IMG/VR virus record: IMGVR_UViG_3300027688_000009
Coordinates: 1 to 37,108 of that record
DNA: 37,108 nucleotides
Source of the DNA: a virus
Taxonomy: Duplodnaviria > Caudoviricetes
Reading direction: 5' to 3' (one strand)
The notes beneath the pieces are model-generated. The model searched no databases. It was not told where the DNA came from and saw only the letters and a list, made by a program, of their open reading frames with translations. Shown here one piece after another: positions 25,513 to 33,100 of the stretch. Position 1 is the stretch's first letter. Every line of letters starts with the position of its first letter. The position numbers and the translations under genes are program-made.

Positions 25513-25624
25513 GGTTACATATCATCGAGTCTTATAGACTCTCGATTTGTAACTGTAACCATGCAGGATTCAATCGGTAACATATGTATGCTGTTTGTAA
25601 CCTGTAACCTGTATACATGTACAG
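25513..25624. repeat. Iteron-like (T)GTAAC(C) array around a hairpin; putative phage replication origin
   Basis: GGTTACA 25513, TGTAAC 25548, TGTAACC 25554, GGTAAC 25576, TGTAACC 25596 and 25603; GAGTC-TTATA-GACTC inverted repeat at 25527-25541; directly downstream of the primase-helicase. Confidence 0.65.
25609..25624. promoter_or_regulatory. LexA (SOS) box-like palindrome
   Basis: CTGTATACATGTACAG fits CTGT-N8-ACAG with an alternating AT-rich spacer. Confidence 0.55.
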
Positions 25625-25626
25625 CA

Positions 25627-27669
25627 TCAATACTCTTCTTTGTCTTCTGTTTTAAATTGCAGCCAAACGAATCCATCGCTGATACCGCCCTGTCCTGAGT
25701 CCAACAACTGCATCTTTGCGCGGTGCCAAGCTGTCTTAAACGTGTTCTTATCCTCCTCCACGCAGCCCATTTTTGACCACAATTCCTCTCTCCACTGCTC
25801 CAACCTGACCACAGTGCGTTGTGAACCTTCGATGTATTTCAGTACACCGCTGCTTTTAACGACAGTCTCTAGAGTTGTCATGACCATGCGCTGGTTTTTA
25901 CCCTTTCCGCTGTTGCCTCTGACTGCCTTTGCTGACTCATTGAAGTCGCTGGCCTGCACCGCCAAGCTGGTTACAGGATCGCCTATTTGCAGTGATCCAG
26001 CTGGCGGCTTGAGTTCCACGCTGACCATCTCAAAGCCGTAGCGGGTGCCGTCCTCACCGTCCTTTTGCTTGGCGGTTCTGATGATGCCTTTCATAGAGTC
26101 CTCAAAGCGGATCAACTCCAATTCGGTGTCCACGGCTCCTAAGAGCGCTGAGCTACCCCGCATCCCTTTGGCTGAGTCCTTGCCGCTGTGATGCAAAATC
26201 ATGAGCGCAGCGTCCTGCACGATCTTCTGAATATGCCCACAGGTGACCACAAACTGCATCATGTCTGAGGCTGAGTTCTCATCCCCGCCGCCAAAGGCTC
26301 TGGCTAAGGTGTCGATGATGATCAGCTTGAAGTCGATGCCGGTGTCTATGACCAAATGCTCCACGGCCAGCATCAGCGCGTTGAAGTCCTCCACGCTCGA
26401 TCTAAGGTTGAGCTGGTGCCTAATGACGTAGATCGGTGCGCCGTCCTCTGTCTGGTGATGCTGCTTACACGCCTTGATCCTTGCGCCGACTCCCCCGAAC
26501 CCCTCCCCCGCGATGTATAAAACGGAGCCTGGCTCTGTCACCTCATTGCCCATCCATGTCCTACCTGTCGCTATAGCCTCGGCAATGTCCAGCGCGATAA
26601 ACGACTTGAACGAGCCTGGCGGCCCGTAGAGCGCCGTGAACGCACCCACCGGCAGCATCTTGTCTATGAGCCACCTCACCGGCTCATCTTGTATTGAGTC
26701 CCAATGCTCGATGTTGATCTGCTTTGGCGGCTTGGCTTGTTCCTTTGGTGCTGGTGGCTCTGACTCAAATTCCTTTGCAATGTCCTGCGGTGATGGTGTT
26801 GCGTCCGGCACTGCATTTGTAATCGGATTCAACCTTTCGGGCATCGTTACTTGATCCGCACTAGTGATGATTGACGCTGCCTTGACCAGCGCCACCAGCT
26901 TGTCTTTGCTACCGCCTTCCGCGAGGAATTCATAGGCATCATCTCCTTGGCCTTGCAGGCCGAGATCAACTACCTTGACCGACTTAGCGATGGGCAGTAT
27001 GGCGGCTGCCGCCTTATGCGCGTACTGCCAGCCTGGCGTGTCGTTGTCCGGCAGGATGATGACCTGAGCGCCAGCAAAGTACTCGGTGATGGCCTCCGGC
27101 CAGCTGCCGGCACCAGCGTGCGCCGTGGTCGCAATCATGCCTATGCTTGTGATGGCATCCGCTGCCTTCTCGCCTTCGACCAAAAATATGTTCCTGCCTG
27201 CCGTCTTCGCGTCCAGCAGTGCGGGTAGGTTGTAGGGGACGATGCGCGCATCAGCGAGGCTTGAGTGCCTACGGCCATCAGCGTCAACCTTGTACAGCCT
27301 GTACGTTTTCCCTGTCTCGCCAATCTTGAACCGCTGCTTGACAAATACCGTTGTCCTGTCCTCATCTTGGTATTGCCACTCCTGCTCAAAGACGTTGCGC
27401 GGTATCGGTTTGATGTTGGCGAGTGGGTCTGGCCGTTCCATGAGTTCGGGAAGTAAGTGCAGTTCCCTGATGGTCTGGAACACGTCCTCCTGACTGCACC
27501 CACCGTGACAGTGGAACAGCGGCACGCCTTGCTCATTGATGTCTATGCTGAGACTTGGATTCTTGTCGCCGTTACCCTTACCGTGACCAGGTACAGGGCA
27601 GCTGGCTACCCACTGACCGTTTGCTTTTTTTGCGTTGCCCAGCTGCTTGGCTATTTGTTCTGCTTGCAT
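25627..27669 (-). CDS. Primase-helicase (Zn finger + TOPRIM + RepA/AAA_25-type helicase), 680 aa
   Basis: CPVPGH...CHGGC, VEGEK.AD, PDND..G, GPPGSFKS, IIIDTL and HHSGK...RGSS motifs; start MQAEQ at 27669 preferred. Confidence 0.9.
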   Translation of the reverse strand: MQAEQIAKQLGNAKKANGQWVASCPVPGHGKGNGDKNPSLSIDINEQGVPLFHCHGGCSQEDVFQTIRELHLLPELMERPDPLANIKPIPRNVFEQEWQYQDEDRTTVFVKQRFKIGETGKTYRLYKVDADGRRHSSLADARIVPYNLPALLDAKTAGRNIFLVEGEKAADAITSIGMIATTAHAGAGSWPEAITEYFAGAQVIILPDNDTPGWQYAHKAAAAILPIAKSVKVVDLGLQGQGDDAYEFLAEGGSKDKLVALVKAASIITSADQVTMPERLNPITNAVPDATPSPQDIAKEFESEPPAPKEQAKPPKQINIEHWDSIQDEPVRWLIDKMLPVGAFTALYGPPGSFKSFIALDIAEAIATGRTWMGNEVTEPGSVLYIAGEGFGGVGARIKACKQHHQTEDGAPIYVIRHQLNLRSSVEDFNALMLAVEHLVIDTGIDFKLIIIDTLARAFGGGDENSASDMMQFVVTCGHIQKIVQDAALMILHHSGKDSAKGMRGSSALLGAVDTELELIRFEDSMKGIIRTAKQKDGEDGTRYGFEMVSVELKPPAGSLQIGDPVTSLAVQASDFNESAKAVRGNSGKGKNQRMVMTTLETVVKSSGVLKYIEGSQRTVVRLEQWREELWSKMGCVEEDKNTFKTAWHRAKMQLLDSGQGGISDGFVWLQFKTEDKEEY

Positions 27670-28898
27670 ATTGCCTCTACTTGTTCTATGCGTTGCCCAA
27701 TCCATGCCATGACTGGCACTGCCATGCTGTTGCCCAATGCTTTGTAGCGTGGACCATCAGGTGTTGGCTTGCCCTTGCTAATGATGTCGGTGTAGTTATC
27801 GCTAAATCCCTGCAATCTCTCGCATTCAACAGGGGTGAGTCTGCGAACTGCCATTGCTTGCTGAATTACTACTGCTTCATTGCCTTGTGTAGGACGATGG
27901 GCATCTTGCGTAAGAGCGCCAACGCCATGATCCTCACGAATTTGACGACCCGGAGACATTAAGTTCATTGACCATGCCACCGCCATCGGATTCTTGGCTT
28001 GCAGGGTTTGCGTCATGTCCACATCTGTTTGCGGGTTTGACACCTGGCCGCTGAATGCGATGGGTTGCATAACCATGGGACTGTTGCCACCACCAGTGCC
28101 AGCAAAGGCTTGCAAAGTATTGGAAATGCCGTCATACAAACGCACACCATCTCTACGACTACTTTCAAACCCAATTGCTTGCGCTGGGACAAACATCGGA
28201 CAACCAGCATTGATGTGCTGATTCTCAAGACTTTGTTTTGTGCCAAAGGTTGTGTCTAATGTGCCGCTTATGTCGGCGGCCCAGCTACGGCTTGAAGCGC
28301 CTGCTCCAACGCTGGCGGCAACACCTTGCCCCTTTTCTCTGCTCGGCGCAGGATGCCCTGACAGGCTGTGGCGCTCAAAAAGAACCGCTGCGGCAAGTCG
28401 CCAATCTCCAAGGTATCCGACAACGAACACACGGCGGCGGCGCTGTGCCACTCCGAAATACTGAGCGTCAAGCACCCTGTATGCGAACCCATACCCGCAT
28501 TCTGCCAACCCTCCAAGGAAGCTGCCAAAGTCCCGTCCTCCATTGGAGGACAGAACGCCGGGGACGTTCTCCCAGACCAACCAGTTGGGGCGATATTGTT
28601 TAGCAATGGCAAGATAGGTAAGCATGAGGTTGCCACGCGGGTCATCCAATCCCTTTCTGAGTCCTGCGACTGAGAATGATTGACAGGGAGTTCCTCCGAC
28701 AAGAAGATCGACATTTGATTCAATTGACCACTCCTTAAATTTCGTCATGTCGCCAAGGTTTGGCGTTTGTGGGTAATGGTGCGCCAGCACCTGAGATGGG
28801 AACTTCTCAATCTCCGAATACGCTACTGCCTCCCATCCAAGGGGATGCCATGCTACTGTTGCCGCCTCAATACCACTGCAAAGTGAGAGATATTTCAT
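27651..28898 (-). CDS. DNA (cytosine-5)-methyltransferase, 415 aa
   Basis: LSLCSGI, GGTPCQSFS, ENVPG, QRRRR, RRLTP.ECERLQGF and GNSM motifs. Confidence 0.95.
   Translation of the reverse strand: MKYLSLCSGIEAATVAWHPLGWEAVAYSEIEKFPSQVLAHHYPQTPNLGDMTKFKEWSIESNVDLLVGGTPCQSFSVAGLRKGLDDPRGNLMLTYLAIAKQYRPNWLVWENVPGVLSSNGGRDFGSFLGGLAECGYGFAYRVLDAQYFGVAQRRRRVFVVGYLGDWRLAAAVLFERHSLSGHPAPSREKGQGVAASVGAGASSRSWAADISGTLDTTFGTKQSLENQHINAGCPMFVPAQAIGFESSRRDGVRLYDGISNTLQAFAGTGGGNSPMVMQPIAFSGQVSNPQTDVDMTQTLQAKNPMAVAWSMNLMSPGRQIREDHGVGALTQDAHRPTQGNEAVVIQQAMAVRRLTPVECERLQGFSDNYTDIISKGKPTPDGPRYKALGNSMAVPVMAWIGQRIEQVEAICKQNK
28268..28723 (-). CDS. Nested alternative-frame protein within the C5 methyltransferase gene, 151 aa
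   Basis: TTG start with AAGGAG (28731-28736) 7 nt upstream; ends LSDTLE...FFLS..AC.GILRRAEKRGK.LP..L..AL. Confidence 0.65.
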   Translation of the reverse strand: MNQMSIFLSEELPVNHSQSQDSERDWMTRVATSCLPILPLLNNIAPTGWSGRTSPAFCPPMEDGTLAASLEGWQNAGMGSHTGCLTLSISEWHSAAAVCSLSDTLEIGDLPQRFFLSATACQGILRRAEKRGKVLPPALEQALQAVAGPPT

Positions 28899-28916
28899 GT
28901 TGTATTTTTTTAGAGG

Positions 28917-28945
28917 AAAAAAAACCGCTGGTGCTACCCAGCGGT
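28917..28945 (-). terminator. Rho-independent terminator after the SSB-like gene
   Basis: ACCGCTGG-GTAGCA-CCAGCGGT running into a T tract on the minus strand. Confidence 0.8.
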
Positions 28946-28961
28946 GCTTAAAGCCGATCAG

Positions 28962-29591
28962 TTAGAACATCTCGTCATCAGCCACTGCTGCGGCCATCGC
29001 AGTCTTCACCGGCGCTGGTGGTGCAACTGGCGCAGCAGCCAGTGCAGCCACAACAGCATCGGCTTTCAATGCTTTACTCGCCACCTCTACAGGCATATGT
29101 ATGATGGTCTCAGCGTCAGCAGACATACCCAATGGCCGGTCAATCCAACTCACGATATTGAAGTTCGGTATGCGAGTTGTGCCTTTGCCGATCTTCTCCA
29201 GCTTGCTACCGGTGTACTCCAGCACTGGCAACTTACCAGCATTGGCGGCCTGCTGCGCCGCGCAGTCCATGTACAGCTTCTCCAGCCCCATGTTCGGGCC
29301 TACGCCAGAGGATGACCACTCGCACAGCCCGAGCAGTTTGTTATAAAAGTGAATAATAAATCCCCTTTTATGGTCCGGCGTGGGTTGCGGTCCTTTCTTG
29401 CCGAGGCTTACATCGGCCTGCCAATCGCGTACACCAACACCGAGTTGCAGCCAGCCGGTTTGGACCGTGTTAATGTCGAAGACAACCTTGCCGAGTTGGA
29501 TTTCCTCGCCTTGGTTGTTTGTCCAAGCGTTGGCTTGGGGAGAGAAGCGGATGTAGTTTCCATTACCGCCACCAGAGGATAAATTTAGCAT
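28962..29591 (-). CDS. Putative ssDNA-binding protein, 209 aa
   Basis: Aromatic beta-rich core, Ala/Pro linker and acidic-hydrophobic tail DDEMF; lies between nuclease and primase; start MLNL at 29591. Confidence 0.55.
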   Translation of the reverse strand: MLNLSSGGGNGNYIRFSPQANAWTNNQGEEIQLGKVVFDINTVQTGWLQLGVGVRDWQADVSLGKKGPQPTPDHKRGFIIHFYNKLLGLCEWSSSGVGPNMGLEKLYMDCAAQQAANAGKLPVLEYTGSKLEKIGKGTTRIPNFNIVSWIDRPLGMSADAETIIHMPVEVASKALKADAVVAALAAAPVAPPAPVKTAMAAAVADDEMF

Positions 29592-29626
29592 TTTGCGTTT
29601 CGCTTTCAAAAGTTACAGGGATTGCA

Positions 29627-30739
29627 TTATTGACTGAGGCTGCGATCTCTCGCAAGCGTCAGTCCACTTGATACCTTGACGGTGAGTTCGTCCAAGATAA
29701 CTCGGTTTTCCTTTGGTAGCAGTTTCTCTGCTGCCGCAGGAGTAATAAGGGTTGTTTCAAATATGTCGCTGTTAGACAAACCTATCGCTGTCAGTTTTTC
29801 TCTGGCCGCGTTGCCATCAATCCACTTGCGCGTTGGGCGCTTCGGTGCCAACTGCCAGCCTGGTACTACCATGCCGTCCTTCTCCATGGCGCTCAGTGCG
29901 TGTTCCTGCACCGCTGCTATGAATTTCTCTACCAGCGGCGCTTTGTCCAGAATTGCGCTGATCTGTGCTGGTGTCAGCGCCAGCATGACTTCCTTTATCT
30001 CTTCCTTGTTCAGCGCGGTGATGTCAGTGTTGGCCGCCACGACATCAAACTGCTGTTGCTGTGCCGGACAGATTGTTTTCGCATCGCACCATTGACAGGC
30101 CGACACTGACGGTCTAAATGATGGCGCGTCACTGATGGCATCATCAACAGCAGGCATCAGAATATTCTCTTCCCACTCGCCGAGTTTATCTGCGGTCATT
30201 GTGTGGATGCGCTTTTCACCATGGTGCGGCTGGATGATCTGGAATTCAACTTCATCAATGTCAAGCCGCAGCGTTGCGATTGCAGCCAGCGCGTAGATTT
30301 TCAGCTGCTCAGTGTCAGCGTCCACCCAGCCTTTGCCGGTCTTCAAGTCTGCAATGATTAATTTCTTTTGGCTGATTGAGTGGCCGACAACGTCAGCTGT
30401 GCCGCCGAGCTTAAAAATGGGAGTATTGAACAGCATCACCGGCACCTCAACCTTGACGCTGCCGAGTTGGTCTTGAATCGCCCATATGGCCTTCATGTGT
30501 TCCAGCGCGTACAGGCAGTTGTCCTCGGTCATTATGATGTTCTCCACCGTCTGGCCGACAAACTGCATCGGGTCCGAGCCAAGCTGAAAGCAAGTCTCGG
30601 CCAGCGCATGGATGGCGGTGCCAATGTTTGCAGCCTCACCTGATGGGCGCTGCGGTACTTGAGCGCAGAGCTTTGCGGATGCAGGGCAGGCGATCCAGCG
30701 CGATGCGGATGACGGTCTGAGCCTTAATTGCTTTGCCAT
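29627..30739 (-). CDS. PD-(D/E)xK exonuclease (DUF2800/Cas4-like), 370 aa
   Basis: PSSASRW..CP.S, GTAIH, GTAD, DLKTG, QL.IYA and CQWC...CP motifs. Confidence 0.85.
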   Translation of the reverse strand: MAKQLRLRPSSASRWIACPASAKLCAQVPQRPSGEAANIGTAIHALAETCFQLGSDPMQFVGQTVENIIMTEDNCLYALEHMKAIWAIQDQLGSVKVEVPVMLFNTPIFKLGGTADVVGHSISQKKLIIADLKTGKGWVDADTEQLKIYALAAIATLRLDIDEVEFQIIQPHHGEKRIHTMTADKLGEWEENILMPAVDDAISDAPSFRPSVSACQWCDAKTICPAQQQQFDVVAANTDITALNKEEIKEVMLALTPAQISAILDKAPLVEKFIAAVQEHALSAMEKDGMVVPGWQLAPKRPTRKWIDGNAAREKLTAIGLSNSDIFETTLITPAAAEKLLPKENRVILDELTVKVSSGLTLARDRSLSQ

Positions 30740-30945
30740 GAGTCTCTTTCAATGTGATGTTCGTTAAGGATGAGTTGGTACGCCAGCTGGCGCACCTCAG
30801 TGCTCGCGGCGTGTCCCAAGTCCTCGGGATCGAGCAGGCGTTTCAGGAATACGACTTTGTCCTGATTGGCTTTGCGCTGCTTCTCCAGCATCTCGGCCAA
30901 CCAGACTATGTGCTGGCGCATGATCTGTCGTTCCTTGTCAGCCAT
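30724..30945 (-). CDS. Hypothetical protein, 73 aa
   Basis: Overlap-coupled ORF; FLKRLLDPEDLGHA motif. Confidence 0.75.
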   Translation of the reverse strand: MADKERQIMRQHIVWLAEMLEKQRKANQDKVVFLKRLLDPEDLGHAASTEVRQLAYQLILNEHHIERDSWQSN

Positions 30946-31408
30946 TGCGGATACCCCACGCTGCTATCAGCGTTGCCTCTGCTCTGCCGTCATCTTTGAC
31001 GCGCTTGAAGTATTCCGACATGGCGGGGAATAACTCGATGGCGCGCTGTCTGGATGCATCCTTACCGGCAGCCTTACCCATGGCCTTCGTCCAAGTGGCT
31101 GGTGCCACATAGGTGACCGGAATGTTTAGCGCGGCCAGCACGCCTTCGACTACGCCAAGACTTCGGCCGAAGCCAAACATGGCCGTTACGCCTTGACCCG
31201 GGCGTGCTGCCGGACGTTCTACTATGGCCTGATCCGGTCTGAGGTTGCCAATGATCTCGGCCAGCAGCTGCGGTGAGACTTGCCGCTTGGTCTTCTTGTT
31301 AATGTCTACGGTCAGCGTTGGCATATCGTGTACCGAGAGCAACTGTCCGTCTACCAGCACCGCTATTGCGCCGTTCAAGCCGCAGTCAATACCCAAGGTG
31401 CGCTTCAT
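30938..31408 (-). CDS. RuvC-like Holliday junction resolvase, 156 aa
   Basis: LGID.G..GA, IVE, F.FG...G, P..W.K and DGRAEA motifs; ATG at 31408 overlaps the HTH gene stop. Confidence 0.85.
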   Translation of the reverse strand: MKRTLGIDCGLNGAIAVLVDGQLLSVHDMPTLTVDINKKTKRQVSPQLLAEIIGNLRPDQAIVERPAARPGQGVTAMFGFGRSLGVVEGVLAALNIPVTYVAPATWTKAMGKAAGKDASRQRAIELFPAMSEYFKRVKDDGRAEATLIAAWGIRNG

Positions 31409-31641
31409 TTGACGGCCTCTTCCATGGCCTTGTTTAGCACCTGTAGCCGCGCTGAGATGAGCGCGTCTGCGGCCTGCTCCAAGCGAATGACGGTGGAGTA
31501 AAGTGGTTCGGTCTGCCCATTGATCCAGCGCGAGAGCTGCGCTTGGTCGATCTCTGCGACACGGCACAGATCGGACATCCGGTATCCGGCTGATTCAATC
31601 TTAAACTTGATGTCCTGAATGGCTTGCTGTGAGACTTTCAT
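31405..31641 (-). CDS. XRE/Cro-like HTH regulator, 78 aa
   Basis: MSDLCRVAEIDQAQLSRWING.TEP HTH; first gene of the leftward operon; no peptidase domain. Confidence 0.8.
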   Translation of the reverse strand: MKVSQQAIQDIKFKIESAGYRMSDLCRVAEIDQAQLSRWINGQTEPLYSTVIRLEQAADALISARLQVLNKAMEEAVK

Positions 31642-31648
31642 GTGTATG

Positions 31649-31678
31649 ATGTTAACCATGTTTTGTGGAAAGCGTCAA
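31649..31678 (-). promoter_or_regulatory. Leftward sigma70-like promoter
   Basis: TTGACG-18 nt-TAACAT; the predicted +1 falls at about the ATG at 31641. Confidence 0.55.
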
Positions 31679-31687
31679 GTGTAAAGC

Positions 31688-31718
31688 AAAAAAAGGGGAT
31701 CAGCGCAAACCGATCCCC
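31688..31718 (-). terminator. Rho-independent terminator inside the divergent control region
   Basis: GGGGATC-GGTTTGCGCT-GATCCCC followed by T7 on the minus strand. Confidence 0.8.
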
Positions 31719-31752
31719 ATAAAGGCAACTGCTGGAAGCATGAACCAGCAAG
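31688..31752 (-). ncRNA. Candidate ~65-nt double-hairpin small RNA
   Basis: TACAAT -10 at 31757-31762, hairpin TGCTGG-N9-CCAGCA, linker GTTGCCTTTAT, then the terminator; no ORF. Confidence 0.4.
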
Positions 31753-31795
31753 GGACATTGTAGATGATGGAATACTTGACTAAGTTGTATGTGAT

Positions 31796-31823
31796 TTGAC
31801 AAGTTCAGCAAATGTGATATTAT
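31796..31823 (+). promoter_or_regulatory. Rightward sigma70-like early promoter
   Basis: TTGACA-16 nt-TATTAT with an extended -10 TG; AAGGA RBS and ATG 31859 follow. Confidence 0.7.
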
Positions 31824-31858
31824 CAATTCCTCAATAACGCAACTCCAAGGAAAACGAA

Positions 31859-32239
31859 ATGAACGCAACTTACCAAGCATATGCAGTATCTGACCTTTAC
31901 GAAGCCGGTCTCGCTTGTGACGGTCACCCTTTCATCGCTGAAAAATACTATGTCCTGATTGAGAACGCAACTGGTCGCCGCTTTCGTCACGAAAAGACTT
32001 TTCCTGGCGTAAAAGTTGAGGAGTGCGAAGAAACTGGCGAAGTTTGTTTTGCTGATATTCGTGAGACTGCCAAGACAATCGTTGAAGATTTGGCCGCCAA
32101 AGTTAATGCAACCTTGGCATCAGGTAAAGCCTTGACAGCATCATGCTGGTTTGAAGTCGATCCAGCTTACGGCTCTGACGCTTACATCAATCAAGGTACA
32201 GAGTCAAAGCGCTTTTTTGAAGAGAGAGCCGCAGCCTAA
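31859..32239 (+). CDS. Hypothetical early protein, acidic, 126 aa
   Basis: First gene after the promoter; W.EVDPAYGS.AY motif. Confidence 0.8.
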   Translation: MNATYQAYAVSDLYEAGLACDGHPFIAEKYYVLIENATGRRFRHEKTFPGVKVEECEETGEVCFADIRETAKTIVEDLAAKVNATLASGKALTASCWFEVDPAYGSDAYINQGTESKRFFEERAAA

Positions 32240-32280
32240 TCAACCCAAGGGGGCATCGTCCCCCATCTTTAAGGAGTCCC

Positions 32281-32421
32281 ATGAACCACACACAACACGC
32301 CCTGACCGCCGACAGCCACCGCAGGCTTGGCAAACGCGCAGAGGCTGCGCTGGACTACTTACTGTGCCTTGTCATCGGCACCGGCTTGGCCGCACTGCTC
32401 GTAGCATGGTGGTCATCATGA
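32281..32421 (+). CDS. Small single-TM protein, 46 aa
   Basis: Below the track cutoff; TAAGGAG RBS; MNHTQ...DYLLCLVIGTGLAALLVAWWSS. Confidence 0.75.
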   Translation: MNHTQHALTADSHRRLGKRAEAALDYLLCLVIGTGLAALLVAWWSS

Positions 32422-32441
32422 ATAATCAACAGGAGAAATCA

Positions 32442-32711
32442 GTGTCTGAAACAATGCAAATCGAAATTGACCGCGCAGTAAACAAGTTCACGCCACCCAT
32501 GGAAGTCGGCGGTGGATTCTTAAGCCGCGCTGACTTTGCAAAGCTGGCGCGCCAGGCTGTGACTGACGGCACGTTCATTGGCTGGACTCACGCGGAGAAC
32601 ATGACCCGCGAGCGTATGCAGCGCAAGATTGACGCTGCTGAACAGGAACTAACCATCCTGCGAGATCGCGTGAAAGAAGTGGAGATGGAACTACTGGCGG
32701 CTCAGAAGTGA
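32442..32711 (+). CDS. Hypothetical coiled-coil protein, 89 aa
   Basis: AGGAG RBS before GTG 32442 (alternative start ATG 32418). Confidence 0.7.
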   Translation: MSETMQIEIDRAVNKFTPPMEVGGGFLSRADFAKLARQAVTDGTFIGWTHAENMTRERMQRKIDAAEQELTILRDRVKEVEMELLAAQK

Positions 32712-32863
32712 AAATCATATGGTTGGCGTTGGCGGTGCTGGCGCTGTTGTACTTTGACTCGGAGGATTTCTATGGAAACGATGATGAATTTCGTGCTGAT
32801 CGGTTTGCTCGCCATTGCACTGACGGTGATCGTGCTTGCGTGCATAGTCAAGTTCCTGCTTGA
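32708..32863 (+). CDS. Possible small signal-anchor peptide, 51 aa
   Basis: GTGA overlap with the previous stop; MKIIWLALAVLALLYF then an acidic tail; overlaps the next ORF. Confidence 0.4.
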   Translation: MKIIWLALAVLALLYFDSEDFYGNDDEFRADRFARHCTDGDRACVHSQVPA

Positions 32864-32882
32864 TGAGACAGAGGTGAAGTGA
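32772..32882 (+). CDS. Small single-TM peptide, 36 aa
   Basis: GGAGG RBS; METMMNFVLIGLLAIALTVIVLACIVKFLLDETEVK; stop overlaps the next ATG. Confidence 0.65.
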   Translation: METMMNFVLIGLLAIALTVIVLACIVKFLLDETEVK

Positions 32883-33100
32883 TGAAAGGTGGTTCCCGCC
32901 CCAACTCAGGACGCAAACTGCCTGACATCAATGGCCGCAGAGCCATGCTGCTGCTCTCCGAGGGTATGACAAAGAAAGAGATAGCCGAGCGTTTCAGCGT
33001 GCCGTATAAATCCATGCTGACTTTCTTTCGGAAGATGGGTGCCAAGCAGCCACGCGGTGAATATGCCTGGTCGGGTAAATATAAGAAAGGTGAAGCATGA
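32882..33100 (+). CDS. Small HTH DNA-binding protein, 72 aa
   Basis: GGSRPNSGRK basic arm followed by GMTKKEIAERFSVPY HTH-like segment. Confidence 0.65.
   Translation: MKGGSRPNSGRKLPDINGRRAMLLLSEGMTKKEIAERFSVPYKSMLTFFRKMGAKQPRGEYAWSGKYKKGEA

Noticed and set aside
25513-25624. CRISPR-like or Cas4-associated repeat array
   Set aside because: Repeats are 6-7 bp with irregular spacing and no spacers; the Cas4-like gene is a typical phage replication-module nuclease.
290-31501. Numerous plus-strand ORFs in the track (e.g. 4563-5144, 19292-20035, 23062-23529, 25640-26041)
   Set aside because: They are antisense shadows of well-supported, tightly coupled minus-strand genes and show no recognisable motifs.
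31409-31567. 53-aa N-terminal extension of the RuvC-like ORF
   Set aside because: It overlaps the HTH gene; the ATGA-coupled start at 31408 places the catalytic GID motif at the usual N-terminal position.
31730-31750. Second LexA box in the control region (CTGG...CCAG)
   Set aside because: Spacing is CTG-N11-CAG rather than N10; it is better read as an RNA hairpin.
32151-32417. N-terminal half of the 186-aa track ORF
   Set aside because: It overlaps two better-supported genes that have their own RBS; the likely start is 32442 or 32418.
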